This document shows positions 25,798 to 28,093 of a DNA stretch of 28,093 bases, in pieces. Made by a program: the position numbers and the translations under genes. The notes under the pieces are model-generated. The model had not been told where the DNA came from, ran no database searches, and worked only from the letters and a program-made list of their open reading frames with translations. This stretch comes from Candidatus Nealsonbacteria bacterium (lineage in GTDB: Bacteria; Patescibacteriota; Minisyncoccia; Minisyncoccales; GWA2-38-27): NCBI GenBank assembly GCA_043819385.1, contig JBDREW010000015.1, positions 1 to 28,093 on the forward strand, given 5' to 3'. The number at the start of each line of letters is the position of its first letter. The first letter of the stretch is position 1.

Positions 25798-25821
25798 ATT
25801 TTAAATTATAATTATAAATTA

Positions 25822-25860
25822 CCTGCCCGCATCGCTACGCGAAGCGTTGCGGGCGGGTGA
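25822..25860. repeat. GC-rich long hairpin acctgcccgcatcgctacgcgaagcgttgcgggcgggt upstream of comM
   Basis: Imperfect ~16-bp stem. A degenerate copy lies at 13369-13400. Confidence 0.6.
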
Positions 25861-25922
25861 GTTATTGTGATATTAATATTAATTATAACAGATATATTTC
25901 ACAGAGCAGAATTAAAAGATAC

Positions 25923-25959
25923 AAAAAACTAGCGGAGGGCAGGGCTCCGCTAGTTTTTT
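25923..25959. terminator. bidirectional terminator aaaaaactagcggag-ggcaggg-ctccgctagtttttt
   Basis: 9-bp GC stem flanked by an A6 run and a T6 run. Confidence 0.7.
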
Positions 25960-26116
25960 AAATTAAAAAAGAATTAAAAAAGGTTAGTAACGAAATACAT
26001 ATAAATTGACCAAGCACCAGCAATTGTTATTACTTTTATCATAATAAAAACTTAATTGTTTAATTAGTTTCACTTTAAAATAAATTACATTTTTTGTAAA
26101 CTATTAGATTAAAGAA

Positions 26117-26164
26117 CTTACGGAGAGGTACTCTCCGGAATTCCGGAGAGTACCTCTCCGTAAG
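26117..26164. repeat. 48-bp perfect palindrome cttacggagaggtactctccggaa|ttccggagagtacctctccgtaag centred on GGAATTCC, followed by a half-copy and a T-run
   Basis: The reverse complement is identical to the sequence. Each arm is itself the hairpin cggagag-gta-ctctccg. A related single hairpin lies at 26935-26966. Confidence 0.85.
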
Positions 26165-26285
26165 TCTCCGTAAGTTTTTTGTTTGTAGGTTTTGACTTTA
26201 CAAAATTAATTTAATTTAGTAATGTTTGATTAGGACTTTTACAAAAACAATATAATGTTTACGTTGCGAAAAAAGGAGAAAACAG

Positions 26286-26843
26286 ATGAATCAAGAACAA
26301 ATAAGTGATTATATAGAACAGATGAGTGGGCAAAAATCAGCATATATTTGCGGACCTTTAACAGGATTGGGATGGCGACAGAGAAAAAAAGCAAAAAGAT
26401 TTTATGAAGACATTGCGTTTTTTATTGATGAAATTACTGGAATAAGATCTTTTGTTCCTCATAAATTTTTTGACCCATTAAAAAATACTACTGCTACATC
26501 TCAAGAAATTGATACAGCAGAAAGAGAACAAATTGTTATTAGAACATCAGTTTTAATAGTAATAACTCATTTTGGGCCTTCTTGGGGTGGTGGAATAGAA
26601 GTAGAAATGGCTAATCGAAGCAGAGTTCCAGTAATTGTTATTTGTTCAAGAGATCAAAATGTTTCTCGTTTATTATTGGGCAATCCTGCTGTTCAGTATA
26701 TTATTCCATGTTCTAATAAAATTTCAGATTTTGATGAGGATACATGTTTTAGATTATTAGAAACGAGTTTGAGAAATTTAGATAGGATATTTGAACAAAA
26801 TATATTCGTAGAACATAAACGGTCTAAAATTTCGTCGCAATAA
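26286..26843 (+). CDS. nucleoside 2-deoxyribosyltransferase-like superfamily protein (DUF4406-like)
   Basis: 185 aa. YICGPLTG near the N-terminus and PSWGGGIEVEMANRSRVPVIVI resemble the DUF4406/NDT-like Rossmann motif with a catalytic Glu. From memory only. Confidence 0.4.
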   Translation: MNQEQISDYIEQMSGQKSAYICGPLTGLGWRQRKKAKRFYEDIAFFIDEITGIRSFVPHKFFDPLKNTTATSQEIDTAEREQIVIRTSVLIVITHFGPSWGGGIEVEMANRSRVPVIVICSRDQNVSRLLLGNPAVQYIIPCSNKISDFDEDTCFRLLETSLRNLDRIFEQNIFVEHKRSKISSQ

Positions 26844-26855
26844 AACAAAAAAACA

Positions 26856-26884
26856 AAGACAGAATTAAATTTCTGTCTTTTTTA
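26856..26884 (+). terminator. rho-independent terminator aagacagaa-ttaaat-ttctgtctttttt
   Basis: 9-bp stem plus a T7 run. Followed by a GC hairpin tgcggggatcggacccccgca (26889-26909). Confidence 0.7.
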
Positions 26885-26934
26885 TATGTGCGGGGATCGG
26901 ACCCCCGCAAGTTATTTTATGATTAATTTAGGTT

Positions 26935-26966
26935 GCGGAGAGGTGCTCTCCGTAAGTTTTTCAAAT
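26935..26966. repeat. single-hairpin copy of the cggagag-gtN-ctctccgtaagttttt family
   Basis: gcggagaggtgctctccgtaagttttt. Confidence 0.6.
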
Positions 26967-27066
26967 TTAAAAATTAAAGGAAGTCGGGCGTCCTTTAATT
27001 TATTGTTTTATATTCTCTTTTTTTAATTTTTATGTTATTATAAAAATATTAGAATAAATAATAAAT

Positions 27067-27501
27067 ATGATTAAAAAGATCCTTATAATCTCTTTTTTGG
27101 GATTGTTTGTTTTCTCTCCTTTTATAGTAAATGCTCAAACAAGGTCAGGCTGTCCAACGCAAGGGTTAGTTCCTTGTGGAGGTTCATCGTGTCCATGTAA
27201 ACTTTGTGATTTTTTTAAAATGATTGAAAGAATTGTTGATTTTATTCTTTTTGGAATTGTGCCAGCTTTAGCTGCTTTAATGATAGCAATTGGAGGATTT
27301 ATGTATATTTTTGCTTATTTAGGAGTAGCCGGAGGAGGTCCAGAAATGCTTTCAACTGCCAAAAATGTGTTTAAAGCAGTTATTTTAGGTCTTTTAATAG
27401 TTTATGGTGCTTGGCTAATTATTAATACATTCTTTATGGTAATAGGTGTGGCAGATTGGACTGGTTTAAGGCAAGGATGGTGGACAATTAACTGTAATTA
27501 G
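27067..27501 (+). CDS. VirB2/TrbC-like T4SS pilin, short Cys-motif type common in CPR genomes
   Basis: 144 aa with a signal peptide and CPTQGLVPCGGSSCPCKLCDF. Hydrophobic helix-loop-helix ALMIAIGGFMYIFAYLGVAGGGPEMLSTAKNVFKAVILGLLIVYGAWLIINT. Terminal Cys. Confidence 0.75.
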   Translation: MIKKILIISFLGLFVFSPFIVNAQTRSGCPTQGLVPCGGSSCPCKLCDFFKMIERIVDFILFGIVPALAALMIAIGGFMYIFAYLGVAGGGPEMLSTAKNVFKAVILGLLIVYGAWLIINTFFMVIGVADWTGLRQGWWTINCN

Positions 27502-27550
27502 TGTAAAGTTGCTTCATATCTGCTCGTAGGCAGACAGGGTTTGTCTATCT

Positions 27551-27622
27551 GCCCCTATAACTCAATTGGCAGAGTAGTGGACTCTTAATCCATAAATCCA
27601 GGTTCAAGTCCTGGTAGGGGCA
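27551..27622 (+). tRNA. tRNA-Lys (anticodon CTT)
   Basis: Manual cloverleaf fold. Acceptor GCCCCTA/TAGGGGC, D stem ACTC/GAGT, anticodon stem GTGGA/TCCAT with loop CTCTTAA, T stem CCAGG/CCTGG with loop TTCAAGT. 72 nt, no encoded CCA. Confidence 0.85.
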
Positions 27623-27664
27623 TATATATAAAATAAATATTTAAAATAGAAAGTAAAAGGGGAA

Positions 27665-27727
27665 AGCTGGAAAAAGTCCCGACCTCTCTCGAGAGGGAAA
27701 AGAAGTTTTGTAGAGGTCGGGGCTTGG
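27665..27727 (+). repeat. dispersed structured repeat copy (agctggaaaaagtcccgacctctctcgagagggaaaagaagttttgtagaggtcggggcttgg) ~40 bp downstream of tRNA-Lys
   Basis: Same family as 6236-6300. Confidence 0.8.
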
Positions 27728-27841
27728 AGAGGAAGAGAAAAAATAGAGAAATTAGTTAAAAATTTGAATCTCATTCAAAATTAAAAATTAATTTAAAGGT
27801 TGGATAATAAGTTGGATAATAAGTAATATGATAAAATTAAT

Positions 27842-28093
27842 ATGTTAAATACAGCAAAAAAAGAGAAAATTATAAAAAAGTATAAGGTTCATGATACTGA
27901 TACTGGATCTGATGAAGTTCAAATTGCTTTGCTTTCAAGCGAAATTAAAGAACTTCTTACTCATCTTAAAAAACATCCTAAAGATTTTCATTCAAAAAGA
28001 GGTCTTTTAAAAATGGTTCTAAAAGAAGAGGTCTTTTAAAACACCTAAAAAAAGAAAACGAAAAAAAATATAATAGTGTTATCAAAAAAATAG
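27842..28093 (+). CDS. rpsO: 30S ribosomal protein S15, apparent -1 frameshift in an A-run near 28008-28012; 3' end beyond window
   Basis: [32 protein letters not shown]...[12 protein letters not shown] matches S15, then stops at 28039. Shifting by one A restores [24 protein letters not shown] (the S15 C-terminus), which runs to the window edge. Confidence 0.7.

Noticed and set aside
27502-27550. Hairpin ggcagacagggtttgtctatctgcc between pilin gene and tRNA-Lys
   Set aside because: It is an imperfect stem with a bulge and no T-run. It could be a processing structure, but evidence is insufficient.

Overview
This is a strongly AT-rich window (roughly 25-30% GC by eye, not computed) spanning a bacterial chromosomal replication origin. 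On the minus strand lie rpmH-rnpA-yidC-jag; on the plus strand lie dnaA-dnaN. DnaA boxes, including a perfect TTATCCACA, sit in the flanking intergenic regions. Around this core is a dispersed set of genes for a Gram-positive/CPR-type type IV secretion or pilus apparatus. It includes a PrgI/VirB3-like protein, a VirB4 ATPase encoded as two ORFs separated by a 184-bp block of four hairpins, and three tandem paralogs that fuse an N-terminal VirB2/TrbC-like pilin domain to long Cys-rich and coiled-coil C-terminal extensions. It also includes a 784-aa VirB6/TrbL-like polytopic membrane protein and a short Cys-motif VirB2-like pilin. No relaxase or coupling protein is visible. Housekeeping genes present are ksgA/rsmA, comM/yifB, a LysM-M23 peptidase, an SPFH protein, tRNA-Lys(CTT) and a frameshifted, partial rpsO. 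The gene content and the pilin family are consistent with a Patescibacteria (CPR)-like genome; this is inference. The intergenic DNA is unusually rich in structured repeats. There is an IS200/RAYT-like HUH transposase next to 44-48-bp perfect GC-rich palindromes (REP-like). A separate ~65-bp dispersed hairpin repeat family occurs in at least four copies. Further palindrome families and heptamer microsatellite modules are present: (GTTCCAA)16, (CTCATAA)n/(CTTGGAA)n and (AATACTA)5. The heptamer modules start exactly at stop codons and flank terminator hairpins. The most novel-looking content is the pilin-fusion giant proteins and the repeat-interrupted VirB4.
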